A stretch of 64,000 bases of DNA from Terriglobia bacterium (GTDB taxonomy: Bacteria > Acidobacteriota > Polarisedimenticolia > Polarisedimenticolales > JAIQFR01): contig CAVVHE010000006.1 of NCBI GenBank assembly GCA_963748015.1, positions 32,001 through 96,000 of the forward strand, given 5' to 3'. Under the pieces are notes generated by a model. It saw only the letters and a list, made by a program, of their open reading frames with translations, was not told where the DNA came from and made no database searches. Both the position numbers and the translations under genes were made by a program. Shown piece after piece: positions 12,958 to 25,033 of the stretch (positions within the stretch are counted from its first letter, which is position 1; each line of letters starts with the position of its first letter).

Positions 12958-14568
12958 ATGAGACCGAGAACACTCGAGTACGGCTTGCCGCTCCTGATAG
13001 CGGGCGCGGCGTTGCTCGGCGCGGTCGCGCCGGCCCAGGCCCAGGCGCGTAAACCCAACATCGTCATCATCTGGGGCGACGACATCGGCCAGTCCGATGT
13101 CAGCGCGTATTCCATGGGGCTGATGGGCTTTCGCACGCCCAATATCGACCGCGTCGCCAAGGAAGGCATGATCTTCACGGACTACTATGCCGAGCAGAGC
13201 TGCACCGCCGGCCGCGCGTCGTTCATCACCGGGCAGTCCGGCCTGCGCACGGGCCTTACCAAGGTCGGGTTGCCGGGGGCGACGGTAGGACTTCAGAAGG
13301 AAGACCCGACGATTGCCGAGCTGTTGAAATCCCAAGGCTATGCCACAGGCCAGTTCGGCAAGAATCACCTGGGCGACCGCAATGAGTATCTGCCCACGGT
13401 GCACGGCTTCGACGAGTTCTACGGCAATCTGTACCACCTGAACGCCGAGGAAGAGCCGGAGCTTCCGGACTACCCGAAAGACCCGGCCTTCCGCGCCAAG
13501 TTCGGGCCGCGCGGCGTGCTGGACTGCAAGGCCTCCGCCACCGACGACCCGACGATGGACACGCGCTTCGGCAAGGTCGGCAAGCAGGTGTGCAAGGACA
13601 CCGGCCCCTTGACGAAGAAGCGGATGGAGACCATCGACGACGACATCGCCGCGCGGGCCGTGGACTTCATCCAGCGGCAGAACAAGGCAGGCAAGCCGGC
13701 TTTTGTCTGGGTGAACTTCACTCACATGCACTTGCGCACCCACACCAAGCCGGAGAGCATCGGCCAGGCGGGTCGCTGGCAGAGCCCGTACCACGACACG
13801 ATGATCGATCACGACAAGAACGTCGGGCAGGTTCTCAAGGTGCTTGACGATCTGGGCATCGCGGACAACACGTTCGTCATGTACTCGACCGATAACGGCC
13901 CGCACATGAACAGCTGGCCTGACGGAGCGATGACGCCGTTCCGCAGCGAGAAGAACACGAACTGGGAAGGGGCGTACCGGGTGCCCGCGATGGTCCGCTG
14001 GCCGGGCCACATCAAGCCGGGGAGCGTGTCCAACGAAATCGTCGCCGCGCTCGACTGGCTGCCGACGCTCGTCGCCGTCGGAGGTGACCCGCAGGTCAAG
14101 GACAAGCTGCTCAAAGGCTATACGGTCGGGGACATGACCTACAAGGTCCACCTCGACGGCGACAACCTCGTCCCGTACTTGACCGGCCAGACCGCGAAGA
14201 GCCCGCGGGAATCGTTCTTCTACGTCAACGACGACCAGCAGTTGGTCGCACTACGCTACGACAACTGGAAGATCGTGTTCATGGAACAGAGGGTTCCCGG
14301 CACGCTGCAAATCTGGGCCGAGCCTTTCGTCACCGTCCGGGTCCCAAAGCTCTTCAATCTTCGAACGGACCCGTATGAGCGGGCGGACATCACCTCGAAC
14401 ACGTATTACGACTGGATCATGGATCACGTCTTCCTTTTCGTCCCCGCGCAGAGCTACGTGGGCCAGTTTCTTATGACCTTCAAGGACTACCCGCAACGGC
14501 AGAAGGCGGCCAGTTTCAACATGGATGAAGTTCTCCAGAGCCTGAAGGAAAGCGGCGGGTCTAAGTAG
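12958..14568 (+). CDS. Secreted arylsulfatase (Cys/formylglycine type)
   Basis: KPNIVIIWGDDIG, SCTAGRASFITG, GKNHLGD, YSTDNG, KNTNWEGAYRVP, LFNLRTDPYE. Confidence 0.95.
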   Translation: MRPRTLEYGLPLLIAGAALLGAVAPAQAQARKPNIVIIWGDDIGQSDVSAYSMGLMGFRTPNIDRVAKEGMIFTDYYAEQSCTAGRASFITGQSGLRTGLTKVGLPGATVGLQKEDPTIAELLKSQGYATGQFGKNHLGDRNEYLPTVHGFDEFYGNLYHLNAEEEPELPDYPKDPAFRAKFGPRGVLDCKASATDDPTMDTRFGKVGKQVCKDTGPLTKKRMETIDDDIAARAVDFIQRQNKAGKPAFVWVNFTHMHLRTHTKPESIGQAGRWQSPYHDTMIDHDKNVGQVLKVLDDLGIADNTFVMYSTDNGPHMNSWPDGAMTPFRSEKNTNWEGAYRVPAMVRWPGHIKPGSVSNEIVAALDWLPTLVAVGGDPQVKDKLLKGYTVGDMTYKVHLDGDNLVPYLTGQTAKSPRESFFYVNDDQQLVALRYDNWKIVFMEQRVPGTLQIWAEPFVTVRVPKLFNLRTDPYERADITSNTYYDWIMDHVFLFVPAQSYVGQFLMTFKDYPQRQKAASFNMDEVLQSLKESGGSK

Positions 14569-14619
14569 GTCGGACGCGGCGGGGCGCTTCGATGGAAGTG
14601 CCCCGCGTCGAATCCGCAG

Positions 14620-16269
14620 ATGAAGAGGCTATTGATGAAAAGCCCGCTGATGAGGCTCTTGCTCCCTCTGCTGTTGCTCACGAACGCGGCCTCCGCCGCC
14701 GATCCGCTGCCATCCTGGAACGACACCGCACCAAAGAAAGCGATCATCGCCTTCGTAGAGAGGGTCACCAAGCCCGGCTCGACGGACTTCGTGCCCGTCC
14801 CCGAGCGCATCGCCACGTTTGACAACGACGGCACGCTCTGGTGCGAGCAGCCGGCGCCCGTTCAGTTGTACTTCGCGATTGACCGCGTGAAGTCGCTCGC
14901 GCCGCAGCATCCCGAATGGAAGGACAAGGAACCGTTCGCCTCGCTGCTCAAGGGCGATCTCAAGACCGCGCTCGCGGGCGGCGACCAAGCGATCCTGGAA
15001 CTCTTCATGGCCACGCACACGGGCATGACCACGGAGGAGTTCGAGAAAATCGTCAAGGACTGGATCGCCACCGCGAAGCATCCGAAGACCGGCAGGCTCT
15101 TCACCGAAATGGTCTATCAGCCGATGCTCGAGCTGCTCGCCTACCTCCGGGCGAACGGTTTCAAGAACTTCATCGTGTCCGGCGGCGGCATCGAGTTCAT
15201 GCGCCCTTGGGCGGAGAAGGTTTACGGCATCCCGCCGGAACAGGTCATCGGTAGCAGCATCAAGACGAAGTTCGAAATGCGCGACAGCAAGCCGGTCCTC
15301 GCGCGCCTGCCGGAGCTGAACTTCAACGACGATAGGGGGGGCAAGCCGGTCGGCATCAACCAGCACATCGGGCGGCGGCCCATCGCCGCCTTCGGCAACT
15401 CCCGTGGCGACCAGGAGATGCTGGAATACACGCAGGGCGGCGACGGGGCGCGATTCATGCTGCTCGTGCTGCACGACGATGCCGCGCGCGAATACGCCTA
15501 CGGTCCGGCCCGCGGATTGCCGGACGTCAAACTGGGTGCCTTCCCGCCCGCGCTGGATGAGCATGCGAAGAAGGACGGCTGGACCGTCGTCAGTATGAAG
15601 AACGACTGGAAACAGGTCTTCCCGTCCGAGCAGGCCGCGATCACGGCCATCGACGTCCTGCTGGAACCGGACGCCACGATGCTCCGGCATTGCGAAGCCA
15701 ACAATGCGCGCCTGCTGAAGGTCTACCCGAAGGGATTCGCCCTGGATGAGACGCACCGGCCGCACATCACGCTGATTCAGCGTTTCGTCCGCACGGCGGA
15801 TCTCGACAAGGTCCATGCCGCCGCCGGCAAGGTCCTGGCCGACGCCCGCGTGAAAAGCATGAAGCTGGAGGCGTTCAAGTACTACTACGCTCCGGCCGGG
15901 GCTGTCGGCATCGCGGGGATTTGCGCGAAGCCCACGCCGGAGATCCTCAAGCTGCAAGCGGACATCATCGCCGCCGTGAAGCCGTTCGTCGTGGACACCG
16001 GACCCATCGGCGCGTTCACCGCCCCGCACGACGATCCCGCCACCGACGCGGCCATGATCCAGTACGTCTCGACGTATGTGCCGAAGATGAGCGGAGAGAA
16101 CTTCAATCCGCACGTCAGCACCGGCGTCGCGCCGAGAGAGTATCTCGACAAGATGCTCGCCGAGTCGTTCGAGTCGTTCACGTTCTCGCCTGCGGGCGCG
16201 GCCGTCTACCAGCTCGGGCCGTTCGGCACGGCGGCGAAGAAACTCAAGGAATGGGATTTGAGAGAATAA
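14620..16269 (+). CDS. Secreted HAD phosphatase fused to a 2H-phosphoesterase-like domain
   Basis: FDNDGTLW, IVSGGG, AAFGNSRGD; C-terminal domain has paired HxT/S motifs (PHITL, PHVST). Confidence 0.8.
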   Translation: MKRLLMKSPLMRLLLPLLLLTNAASAADPLPSWNDTAPKKAIIAFVERVTKPGSTDFVPVPERIATFDNDGTLWCEQPAPVQLYFAIDRVKSLAPQHPEWKDKEPFASLLKGDLKTALAGGDQAILELFMATHTGMTTEEFEKIVKDWIATAKHPKTGRLFTEMVYQPMLELLAYLRANGFKNFIVSGGGIEFMRPWAEKVYGIPPEQVIGSSIKTKFEMRDSKPVLARLPELNFNDDRGGKPVGINQHIGRRPIAAFGNSRGDQEMLEYTQGGDGARFMLLVLHDDAAREYAYGPARGLPDVKLGAFPPALDEHAKKDGWTVVSMKNDWKQVFPSEQAAITAIDVLLEPDATMLRHCEANNARLLKVYPKGFALDETHRPHITLIQRFVRTADLDKVHAAAGKVLADARVKSMKLEAFKYYYAPAGAVGIAGICAKPTPEILKLQADIIAAVKPFVVDTGPIGAFTAPHDDPATDAAMIQYVSTYVPKMSGENFNPHVSTGVAPREYLDKMLAESFESFTFSPAGAAVYQLGPFGTAAKKLKEWDLRE

Positions 16270-16678
16270 GGCTCGCTGCCGGACAACGTCTCGGCGCTGC
16301 CGCGACCGAGGCGTTCGTCGACAAGAGCCGGGCCGCGCCTGGCGTTTAGCGGTTGACGCTGACGATCCGGGGCGATCGCGCCGTCGTCCGCGCGGGCGGG
16401 GCACGCTCCCACGCGCTGCCATCCTGTTGCGGGTGGGGTTACACCCCATGGAGGTTCGCCCACCCAACACCTAGTGTGTCCTTCGGTGACGCCCGACGGC
16501 CCGATCGGAACAGGACAGGGACGTTGATCGCCGTCACGACATGGGACGGCACACGGTCGTATTACGGGACCGGAATCGCGGCCGGCCACGGAACCGGGAC
16601 GATCCGGTCACCTAGGCTGACGACCAGATCGTCCCGATCGGCGCCCCGCACGGCCTTGCCGGGAAGGACGAACAGTAG

Positions 16679-17977
16679 GTGAAGATGAGCCGCAACGCGC
16701 GAAACCGCTGGCTCGCGTGCCGCGTCGCACTCGTCCTGGCGTGTGACATGGCGGCGTTCGCTCAGGGCGGGTGCGCGACGATGGGGCACTCGTCACCCTC
16801 GGGCCAGCGGGACTACTACACGTTCACCCCGACATTCTCGATCGAGGATCCCCAGTTCCGCCGGTCGCTGGACAGCGTCGGCAACGCCATGGTCGGAGGA
16901 AACTCCGCCGTGCTGCTCGAGAACGGCGACGGCGTCTTCCCGGCCATGCTGAAGGACATTCGGGAGGCCAAGGTCTCGGTCGACTTCGAGGTGTACATCT
17001 TCATGCCCGACGAAGCCGGTAAGCGGTTCGCCGGTGCCTTCATCGAAGCGGCGGGCCGCGGTGTCCATGTACGCCTCCTGGTCGATGCCCAGGGAGGAAA
17101 GCTGAAGGAACTGGGGAAAGGGATGGAGGCCGCGGGCGTGAACTGCAAGTCCTACCGGCCCGCGTCGCACTACTCCATCGGCGGACGGAGGACGCACCGC
17201 AAGCTCGCGATCGTCGACGGCAGGATCGGGTACACGGGGGGATTCGGCATCGACGAGCGATGGCTCGGAAACGCCCGCGACAAGACGGAGTGGCACGACG
17301 CCGCCGTCCGCGTCGAAGGTCCGGTCGTCGCGCAGATGCAAGCGATCTTCAGCGAGGACTGGACGTTCACGACGGGTGAGATCCTCGCCGGCGACGCGTT
17401 CTATCCGAAGACGGAACCGAAGGGGGCCATGCAGGCGCAGGCGCTCAAGGCGTCCAAGGGCGACGCCTCGTCGCTCCCCCAGATGCTCTACTTCATGGCG
17501 ATCCAGTCCGCCCGGACGAGCATCCACATCCAGAACGCATACTTCCTTCCCGATGATCTGATCCGCACGGCGCTCATCGCGGCGGTCGGACGGGGCGTGG
17601 ACGTGAAGGTGATGGTCCCCGGAAAGAACATCGATATCCCGATGGTACGCCTGGCATCGCGCCGCCACTACGGGCCCATGCTGGAAGCAGGGGTCAAGAT
17701 CTACGAATACCAGCCGACGATGATCCACTCGAAGACCGCTGTCGTCGACGGATTGTTCGCGACCATCGGATCGATCAACTTCGATTCGCGCTCGAAGTCC
17801 AAGAACGCGGAGGAGAGCCTCTCGTTCTACGACCGCTCGTTCGCGGCACTGATCGAGGCGATGTTCCAGAGGGACCTGGAACGCTGCAAGCAGGTGACGT
17901 ACGAGGCTTGGCGGCACCGCGGGACGACGGCGCGCCTCGCTGAGCTCTTCTCCGGCCTCTGGGAACCCTACTACTGA
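16679..17977 (+). CDS. Cardiolipin synthase / phospholipase D family (ClsB-like)
   Basis: Two HKD motifs HRKLAIVDG and HSKTAVVDG; GSINFDSRS. Confidence 0.92.
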   Translation: MKMSRNARNRWLACRVALVLACDMAAFAQGGCATMGHSSPSGQRDYYTFTPTFSIEDPQFRRSLDSVGNAMVGGNSAVLLENGDGVFPAMLKDIREAKVSVDFEVYIFMPDEAGKRFAGAFIEAAGRGVHVRLLVDAQGGKLKELGKGMEAAGVNCKSYRPASHYSIGGRRTHRKLAIVDGRIGYTGGFGIDERWLGNARDKTEWHDAAVRVEGPVVAQMQAIFSEDWTFTTGEILAGDAFYPKTEPKGAMQAQALKASKGDASSLPQMLYFMAIQSARTSIHIQNAYFLPDDLIRTALIAAVGRGVDVKVMVPGKNIDIPMVRLASRRHYGPMLEAGVKIYEYQPTMIHSKTAVVDGLFATIGSINFDSRSKSKNAEESLSFYDRSFAALIEAMFQRDLERCKQVTYEAWRHRGTTARLAELFSGLWEPYY

Positions 17978-18474
17978 TTCCGATGCCGCTTGGTGTCCCG
18001 CGTCCGGCCCCGAAGTCCGTCGAGCTTCCGCTCACTCCGAGGATCACACCCGAGCCGCCGGTGGCGCCACGCAGACCGTCGACGACCTGCTCCGCGTCCG
18101 GGAGTGACGAGGCCGCTCTCGCGGGATGCGCGCAGTGCGGCACCGAGCCAGACCGCGCTGGGCTGTTCCTCCTGACCCGGGCACGCCACCTTGTAGGGCC
18201 GTTTGCTGAGGCTGCTCTTGGTGCCCGCCTTCTCTATGAATTCCTCCGCGCTGGCGACGCGACCGTGCTTGATCAAGTAGTCGAGCTTCAGCCGCAGGTG
18301 GTCCTTGGCCTCGGCGCCGGTGTGCCAGGTGCCGTTGCGATAGAACTGGCAGCCGGACGCCTCGAGCCTGCTCAGCAGGGCGTCGATTTCTGCTCCGGCC
18401 GTCGGAGGCAGCTCGCCCGCGAAAGCGATCGTTACGGACAGCACCAGAAGCGCAAGACAAATCGTGCCACGCAT
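17971..18474 (-). CDS. DUF5329 (YfeK-like) secreted protein
   Basis: EIDALLSRLEASGCQFYRNGTWHTGAEAKDHLRLKLDYL...AEEFIEKAGTKSSLS.RPY.V.C. Confidence 0.85.
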   Translation of the reverse strand: MRGTICLALLVLSVTIAFAGELPPTAGAEIDALLSRLEASGCQFYRNGTWHTGAEAKDHLRLKLDYLIKHGRVASAEEFIEKAGTKSSLSKRPYKVACPGQEEQPSAVWLGAALRASRESGLVTPGRGAGRRRSAWRHRRLGCDPRSERKLDGLRGRTRDTKRHRNQ

Positions 18475-18765
18475 GGTGACTCCATCATTTGCCCATTCCA
18501 TCGCGCCGCACATGGGGTGTTTCCCTACCGCCCGCTGCGCGGGCTGGTCACGCCATGGCGATCACGTATGGGGTCGGGAGGCTGTGCGGGGCCGTGGTAG
18601 TCCCGGCTCGGCGCGCGGCTGGTCGCGATGCGAGCTGACGACACCCGATGACAACTCCGAAACGCGTCGTAAGCCACCGCTCAGATAGAGCATACTCTTC
18701 TCCCGCGTCGGGCGAGAGAATGCCCTGCATCGCAATCGCACCGCGGCAGGACGACCGGAGAGGAA

Positions 18766-19497
18766 GTGCTCCAGGTGTCCGGAGAATCGGGGAGCGGACC
18801 AGGAATGCGAGTCCCGCCGCGCGCCGGCGAGGTTGCCGGCGAAAGCTGGCTCGAATCGGTGCGGGGCACCGTCGCGCTCTACCGGGGCGCGCGCCGCGAA
18901 CATCGCGGGTACGTGCGATTCAAGGTCCGGATGGACCCCGTCTACAGGCTGATCTGCGAGCGTTTGGGCCGAGTCGGTTCGGTCGTGGACCTCGGAACGG
19001 GTTTCGCTCTTCTCCCCGCCCTGCTCTCCATCCGCCGGCAGGCCGACGAGATCGTCGCGGTCGAATGGGACGAGGCGAAGCTCGCCAGCGCGCGGCTCGC
19101 CTGCTCGAGTCTCTCGAACGTGATCCTTCACGCGGCCGACGCGCGCTCGTTCCGGCTGCCGCCCGCAGATGCGGTGTGCCTCGTCGATCTCCTTCACTAC
19201 TACCCTGTCGAGGAGCAGAGGGCGCTTCTCGAGCGAGCGGCGACGGCCCTGCGGCCCGGAGGACGGCTCGTGATCCGCGAGACATGCGGCTTCCGTGGCG
19301 GTCGCGTACGATTGACGCGGCTGCTCGAGCGGATCTCCGTGCGGTCATGCTGGAACCGGGGGCCTGGCCTGGTCTACCGGGAACGCACGGACCTCGTGGC
19401 CGACCTCTCAGGGCTCGGTCTCGAATGCAGCCTCGAGGGTGCCAGCTCGATCCTCCACGGGGGCAACACGCTGGTCTGGGCGCTCAAGCGCGGGTAG
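18766..19497 (+). CDS. Class I SAM-dependent methyltransferase
   Basis: VVDLGTGFA, AVEWDE, ADAVCLVDLLHYY, LRPGGRLVIRE; start uncertain. Confidence 0.85.
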   Translation: MLQVSGESGSGPGMRVPPRAGEVAGESWLESVRGTVALYRGARREHRGYVRFKVRMDPVYRLICERLGRVGSVVDLGTGFALLPALLSIRRQADEIVAVEWDEAKLASARLACSSLSNVILHAADARSFRLPPADAVCLVDLLHYYPVEEQRALLERAATALRPGGRLVIRETCGFRGGRVRLTRLLERISVRSCWNRGPGLVYRERTDLVADLSGLGLECSLEGASSILHGGNTLVWALKRG

Positions 19498-19597
19498 CAT
19501 TCATCGGAGCCGCCACCCACGGCGGCGCCCATCGATCAGACTCGGGCTCTCGAACCAACGATGCCGCGCGTCGCGCAGCGTCGTCCATGGGTGGTAG

Positions 19598-20647
<1,050 letters not shown>

Positions 20648-20886
20648 GCGCGCCAGCGCGAGTCCCAGACCGCCGCCCAGGGGATGACCGCCTTCCCGTC
20701 CGGCGACACGCCGGGGCGGGCATCGGGCTCCCCGTTCCCGGGGAATGAGACGCACCGTGCAACGATAACCCTGACCGGCCGACCGGCTGATCTACCCCAC
20801 CGAAGTGGGCGTCCCCCAGTCTGGTAGGCGCCACGTCTCGACCGAGTCACGTCTCCGCTCGTATCATCCCGTCGAGGAACCGTCGA

Positions 20887-22341
20887 ATGAAGAAGACCCT
20901 GCTGTTCGCCACCCTCGTCTGCGTCACCGTCGTTGCCCTCGGCGCCGAGGGACCGGCGCTCGTCCGGCTCGAGGAGATCAACGCCCTGCTTCGCGCGGGA
21001 GACGAGGCCGGGATCCGCGCCTATGCCGAGGCGTCGTTCACCGACTCGATGCGGCGTCCCGCCGCCGGCGATCCGGGCATCCTCCCGTTCCTACTGCAGT
21101 TGTCGCAGCGCCACCGGGGCTTCGAGGTCGTGAGGACCGTCGGCGGCGACGGGCAGGCAGTGACGGCCGTCGTGCGATCGGTGGCTGATCCGTCTCGCAT
21201 GTACCGCTTCAACGTGGCCGTCGAGCCGGCGGCGCCTCATCGCATCGCCGGGCTCTTCCTCCTGGCCGCCGATCCGGAGGACCTCCCGAAGGAGACTCCC
21301 GATCTGGCCGCGGAGCAGGCGATCGCGTCGTTCGGGAAGCAGGTCGATCGGCTCGTCGGGGAGGGATTCTCGGGCGTGGTGCTGCTCGCGCGGGGAAAGG
21401 ACGTGGTCCTGCAACGGGCCGCCGGGGAAGCCGACCGAGGGCTGCACGTGCCGAACACGTTCGACACGGTCTTCGGCCTCGCGTCGATGAACAAGATGTT
21501 CACGGCGGTCGCGGTCGCGAAGCTCGTGGAACAGGGGAGGCTCGCTTACTCCGATCCGGTCGGACGGCACCTCAAGGGATGGCTGCCCGATGATCTGGCG
21601 GCGCGCGTGACCGTCGAGCAGCTGCTGACTCATACCTCCGGGCTCGGCGATTACCTCCATCAGATCGAAATCGATCCGAAGCTGCGCGCGGCGCGAACGT
21701 TGGCCGCGTATCGCGACCTCGTCCGCCGCTCGAAGGTCGAGGGCACGCCGGAAGATGGCCTGCGGTACAGCAACACCGGCTACGTCGTGCTCGGAGCGCT
21801 GATCGAGGCCGTCTCCGGGCGCGACTACTTCGACTTCGTTCGATCGGAGATCTACGCGCCGGCCGGGATGACGCGGACCGATTCGTGGTGCCGGGACGAG
21901 ATCGTCGAAGGGCGCGCCGTCGGCTACATTCCGCCCGACGAGGCCGAGGCGCTGGAGCTCGGCCGGGGGTGGAGGAGCAACCGGGGATTCGAGGGAACGC
22001 GAGGGACGTCCGCGGGAGGCGGGATGTCCACGGCCGGGGATCTGCTCCGCTTCGCCCGGGCGCTGGTCGACGCGAAGCTCGTGAAGCGCGAAACGCTCGC
22101 GACGCTCCTGACGCCGCGCGTGCCCTTCCTTCCGGGAAGCCATTACGCCTTTGGATTCGTCGTTCGCGACGGAGCGGGGCCGACGGCGTTCGGTCACTCC
22201 GGGGGATTCCCCGGAGTGGCGGGGGATCTGCGGGTTTACGGCGGCGGCGACTGGACGCTCGTGGTGCTGTCGAACGTCTCGGACGGCGCGGGCGACGTCG
22301 TCGGCGCGTGGGACGGCCTAACGAGAAGGCTGGCGCCCTGA
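20887..22341 (+). CDS. Secreted serine hydrolase (beta-lactamase class C / peptidase S12 family)
   Basis: ASMNK (SxxK), LLTHTSGL, YSN, GHSGG; signal peptide. Confidence 0.9.
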   Translation: MKKTLLFATLVCVTVVALGAEGPALVRLEEINALLRAGDEAGIRAYAEASFTDSMRRPAAGDPGILPFLLQLSQRHRGFEVVRTVGGDGQAVTAVVRSVADPSRMYRFNVAVEPAAPHRIAGLFLLAADPEDLPKETPDLAAEQAIASFGKQVDRLVGEGFSGVVLLARGKDVVLQRAAGEADRGLHVPNTFDTVFGLASMNKMFTAVAVAKLVEQGRLAYSDPVGRHLKGWLPDDLAARVTVEQLLTHTSGLGDYLHQIEIDPKLRAARTLAAYRDLVRRSKVEGTPEDGLRYSNTGYVVLGALIEAVSGRDYFDFVRSEIYAPAGMTRTDSWCRDEIVEGRAVGYIPPDEAEALELGRGWRSNRGFEGTRGTSAGGGMSTAGDLLRFARALVDAKLVKRETLATLLTPRVPFLPGSHYAFGFVVRDGAGPTAFGHSGGFPGVAGDLRVYGGGDWTLVVLSNVSDGAGDVVGAWDGLTRRLAP

Positions 22342-22408
22342 AGGGGATGGTTCGCCGTATCCACGGGATCCTAGCGGCGGCCGACCGACGACCACCGCGG
22401 CGCGCCCT

Positions 22409-25033
22409 CTACTTGAGCCCCTTGATGACGTAGAGCTCGCTGCGGGCCCTGCTGTAGCCGTAGGCCAGGGCGCCGTCGGGCGACGCGATGACGGTGCCGA
22501 GGCCGCAGACCGCGGCGTACATGGGCTGCACGGTCTTCCACGCGGACCGCGCCCCCGACGCGACCTCGATCCGGTCGACCTGAACGGGAATGCTCTGCTT
22601 CCGATACACGAACACGGACTTGCCGTCCGCGCTCCACCCCGCCACCTCGTCGTCGTCGCGCGCGCCCGTCAGGGGCCGGCATGCGGAGGCCGCCAGCGTG
22701 CAAACCGCGAGCTTGCCCAAGGCATCGATCGCGACGATGCTCGACCCGTCCGGGGAGAACAGATTGCCGCCCCGCAGGACGTTGCCCTCGGGTAGAAGCG
22801 CGACCGGACTGCGGCCTTCGGGAGAGAGCACGTGAACGATGGGCTTCGCGCCAGGCCGCACGATCTCGACGACGATGCGTCCGTCGGGATGCCATCCGGC
22901 CCACTCCACCGACTCGACGGGACCCAGGTCCAAGACCCGCGGCTGCCCGGCGCCGGTCGGCACGATCGACACCTTTGGAGGCGACTCGCTCGAGACGACG
23001 AGGGCCTTGCCGCTGTCGGGCGAGAGGGCCAGTCCGGAACCATCGGCGATGCGAATGGGCTCCCGGCCGCTCGGCGGCCAGTAGTAGACCGACCCTCGCG
23101 GGCCTCCGCTGTCTCCGCTCTGATTGAGCAGCAGGGCGTGGGTGGCGGAAAACGCGGCCACGTTGCCGCCTTCGCGCCATGAACGATCGACCGGCACGGG
23201 TCCGCCGCCATCGACGACCTCGATGCGGTTCAAGATGTGATCGATCGATCCGAGCACGTCACCGTGCGGCGAGATGTCGTGCAGGGTCAACGAGCCCGGA
23301 GCGCGGAACACGACGCGCCGACGGCCTTTGAGATCGAGTCCGAAGATGGCCGTTTGTCGGCCCCCGACCTCCGCCGCCGAGTACCAGACCTCGTTCGAAG
23401 ACGTCCAGGCCAGATCCCACCAGTCGGAGAACGGCGGACTGGAAACCACGAGCTTCCCCGACCGGTCGAAGACCCTCACCGTGTTGGCGCCCGTGAGGCG
23501 CGTGTCGAAGAACGCCACGTAGTCCCCGGACGGCGACACGCGCGGCACCACGAACCCGGCCTGGTTGGCCCAGGATCGACCGTTGACGATGGGCATCTCG
23601 GCGAGCACCTGGCCCACGGGATACTCGACCGTCCGCCGGCGCTCGTCGTCACGAATCACCGCCATCGCGTTGCCGGCGCCGAAGTCGGCGAAGCGCACGC
23701 CGTCGAGCTCCGGCCTGGGCGCGCTGCCGGTGAGCGACGCGCGAGCGAACGTGCCTGTCCTGGTGTAAGGGTTGCCGCCGGTGACCGTCGATCCGCTGAG
23801 GATGGCCAACTCCCCCGATCGCGAGATCCCGAGCAGGTCCGCCCCCGGAAAGCCGAGCGGCCGGAAATCCGGACTGTCGAGGCTCGTGACGAATACGTCG
23901 CGCGGACGGCCGTCCCAGTCGGCGCTGTAGACGATCGTGCGGCCGTCGGGCGCGAATCGGGCCGCGAAAACGAACCCTTCCTCGAACGTGATGGGCGTGT
24001 AGGTCACGTCGGCCATGCCCGCGGACGTCGGGGCCGATCGGCCGCGGCCGAAGTAGCCGGCCAGCACGCCGAGGGCGAGCGCGAGGACGACGGTCGCAAC
24101 GCGGAGCCACGGGAAGCGCCTGCGTCCGCCTCCGTGCGACCTCGCGGTCGCCGGCGCGGCCGCGCCCGTCTGCGACCCGCCCGCGGTGAGCCACTGCAGG
24201 TGCAGCTTCACGTCGTGAGCGCTCTGGATCCGGTCCGCGGGGTCTTTCGCGAGGCACGCCTGCACGAGGCGGTCGAGCGCCGGAGGCGCCAGCGGGGACA
24301 GTTGCGAGATCGGAGCGGGATCGCTCCCCATGATGGCGGTGATCAGCGAGGCCTGGCTCTTCCCTTCGAACGCGGGCCTTCCCGTCGCGAGCTCGTAGAG
24401 CACGCACCCCAGCGCCCACAGATCGGCGCGCGCATCCGCCTCGTGTCCTTCCAGCTGCTCCGGCGCCATGTACTGGAACGTCCCGATGATCGTCCCCGCG
24501 GCCGTCAGTGGGCCGGCGACCGTCTGGGAGCTCGTTAGGTCGCTCGCCGGTCCGAGCCCCGTCGCGCGCGCGAGCCCGAAATCCAGGAGCTTCGCGCCCG
24601 ACCTCGTGAGCATGACGTTTCCGGGCTTGAGGTCGCGATGCATCACACCCGCGCGGTGCGCGCGATCGAGGGCGTCGGCGATCTGCGCGCCGAGCTTCAG
24701 CACCTCCGGGAGCGGGAGCGCGCCCTTCGTCAGCCGCTGCGCCAGGGTCTCGCCCTCGATCAGCTCCATGACGAGGTAGTCGGTCTCCCCCTCGCGTCCC
24801 ACGTCGTGCAGCGTGCAGATATGCGGGTGGTTGAGCGACGAGACGGTCTTCGCTTCGCGCTCGAACCGCGCGCGGATCTCGGGGTTCGACGACAAGTGCT
24901 GCGGCAGCACCTTCACGGCGACGTCGCGACCCAGCCGCGTGTCCTTCGCTCGATACACCTCTCCCATGCCGCCCGCCCCGAGGGGTGCGACGACTTCGTA
25001 GGGCCCGAGGCGGTCTCCCTGGGACAGCGCCAA
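22409..25033 (-). CDS. Hanks-type Ser/Thr kinase, one TM helix, C-terminal TolB/WD40-like beta-propeller
   Basis: LGAGGMGEVY, VAVK, HRDLKPGN, DFG, GTFQYMAPEQ; repeated F(A/S)PDG motifs; TTG start after GAGGAG. Confidence 0.93.
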   Translation of the reverse strand: MALSQGDRLGPYEVVAPLGAGGMGEVYRAKDTRLGRDVAVKVLPQHLSSNPEIRARFEREAKTVSSLNHPHICTLHDVGREGETDYLVMELIEGETLAQRLTKGALPLPEVLKLGAQIADALDRAHRAGVMHRDLKPGNVMLTRSGAKLLDFGLARATGLGPASDLTSSQTVAGPLTAAGTIIGTFQYMAPEQLEGHEADARADLWALGCVLYELATGRPAFEGKSQASLITAIMGSDPAPISQLSPLAPPALDRLVQACLAKDPADRIQSAHDVKLHLQWLTAGGSQTGAAAPATARSHGGGRRRFPWLRVATVVLALALGVLAGYFGRGRSAPTSAGMADVTYTPITFEEGFVFAARFAPDGRTIVYSADWDGRPRDVFVTSLDSPDFRPLGFPGADLLGISRSGELAILSGSTVTGGNPYTRTGTFARASLTGSAPRPELDGVRFADFGAGNAMAVIRDDERRRTVEYPVGQVLAEMPIVNGRSWANQAGFVVPRVSPSGDYVAFFDTRLTGANTVRVFDRSGKLVVSSPPFSDWWDLAWTSSNEVWYSAAEVGGRQTAIFGLDLKGRRRVVFRAPGSLTLHDISPHGDVLGSIDHILNRIEVVDGGGPVPVDRSWREGGNVAAFSATHALLLNQSGDSGGPRGSVYYWPPSGREPIRIADGSGLALSPDSGKALVVSSESPPKVSIVPTGAGQPRVLDLGPVESVEWAGWHPDGRIVVEIVRPGAKPIVHVLSPEGRSPVALLPEGNVLRGGNLFSPDGSSIVAIDALGKLAVCTLAASACRPLTGARDDDEVAGWSADGKSVFVYRKQSIPVQVDRIEVASGARSAWKTVQPMYAAVCGLGTVIASPDGALAYGYSRARSELYVIKGLK

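Noticed and set aside
16270..16678. attC/REP-like hairpins here and near 4800 and 18530
   Set aside because: No convincing paired RYYYAAC/GTTRRRY boxes, no repeated consensus and no integron integrase
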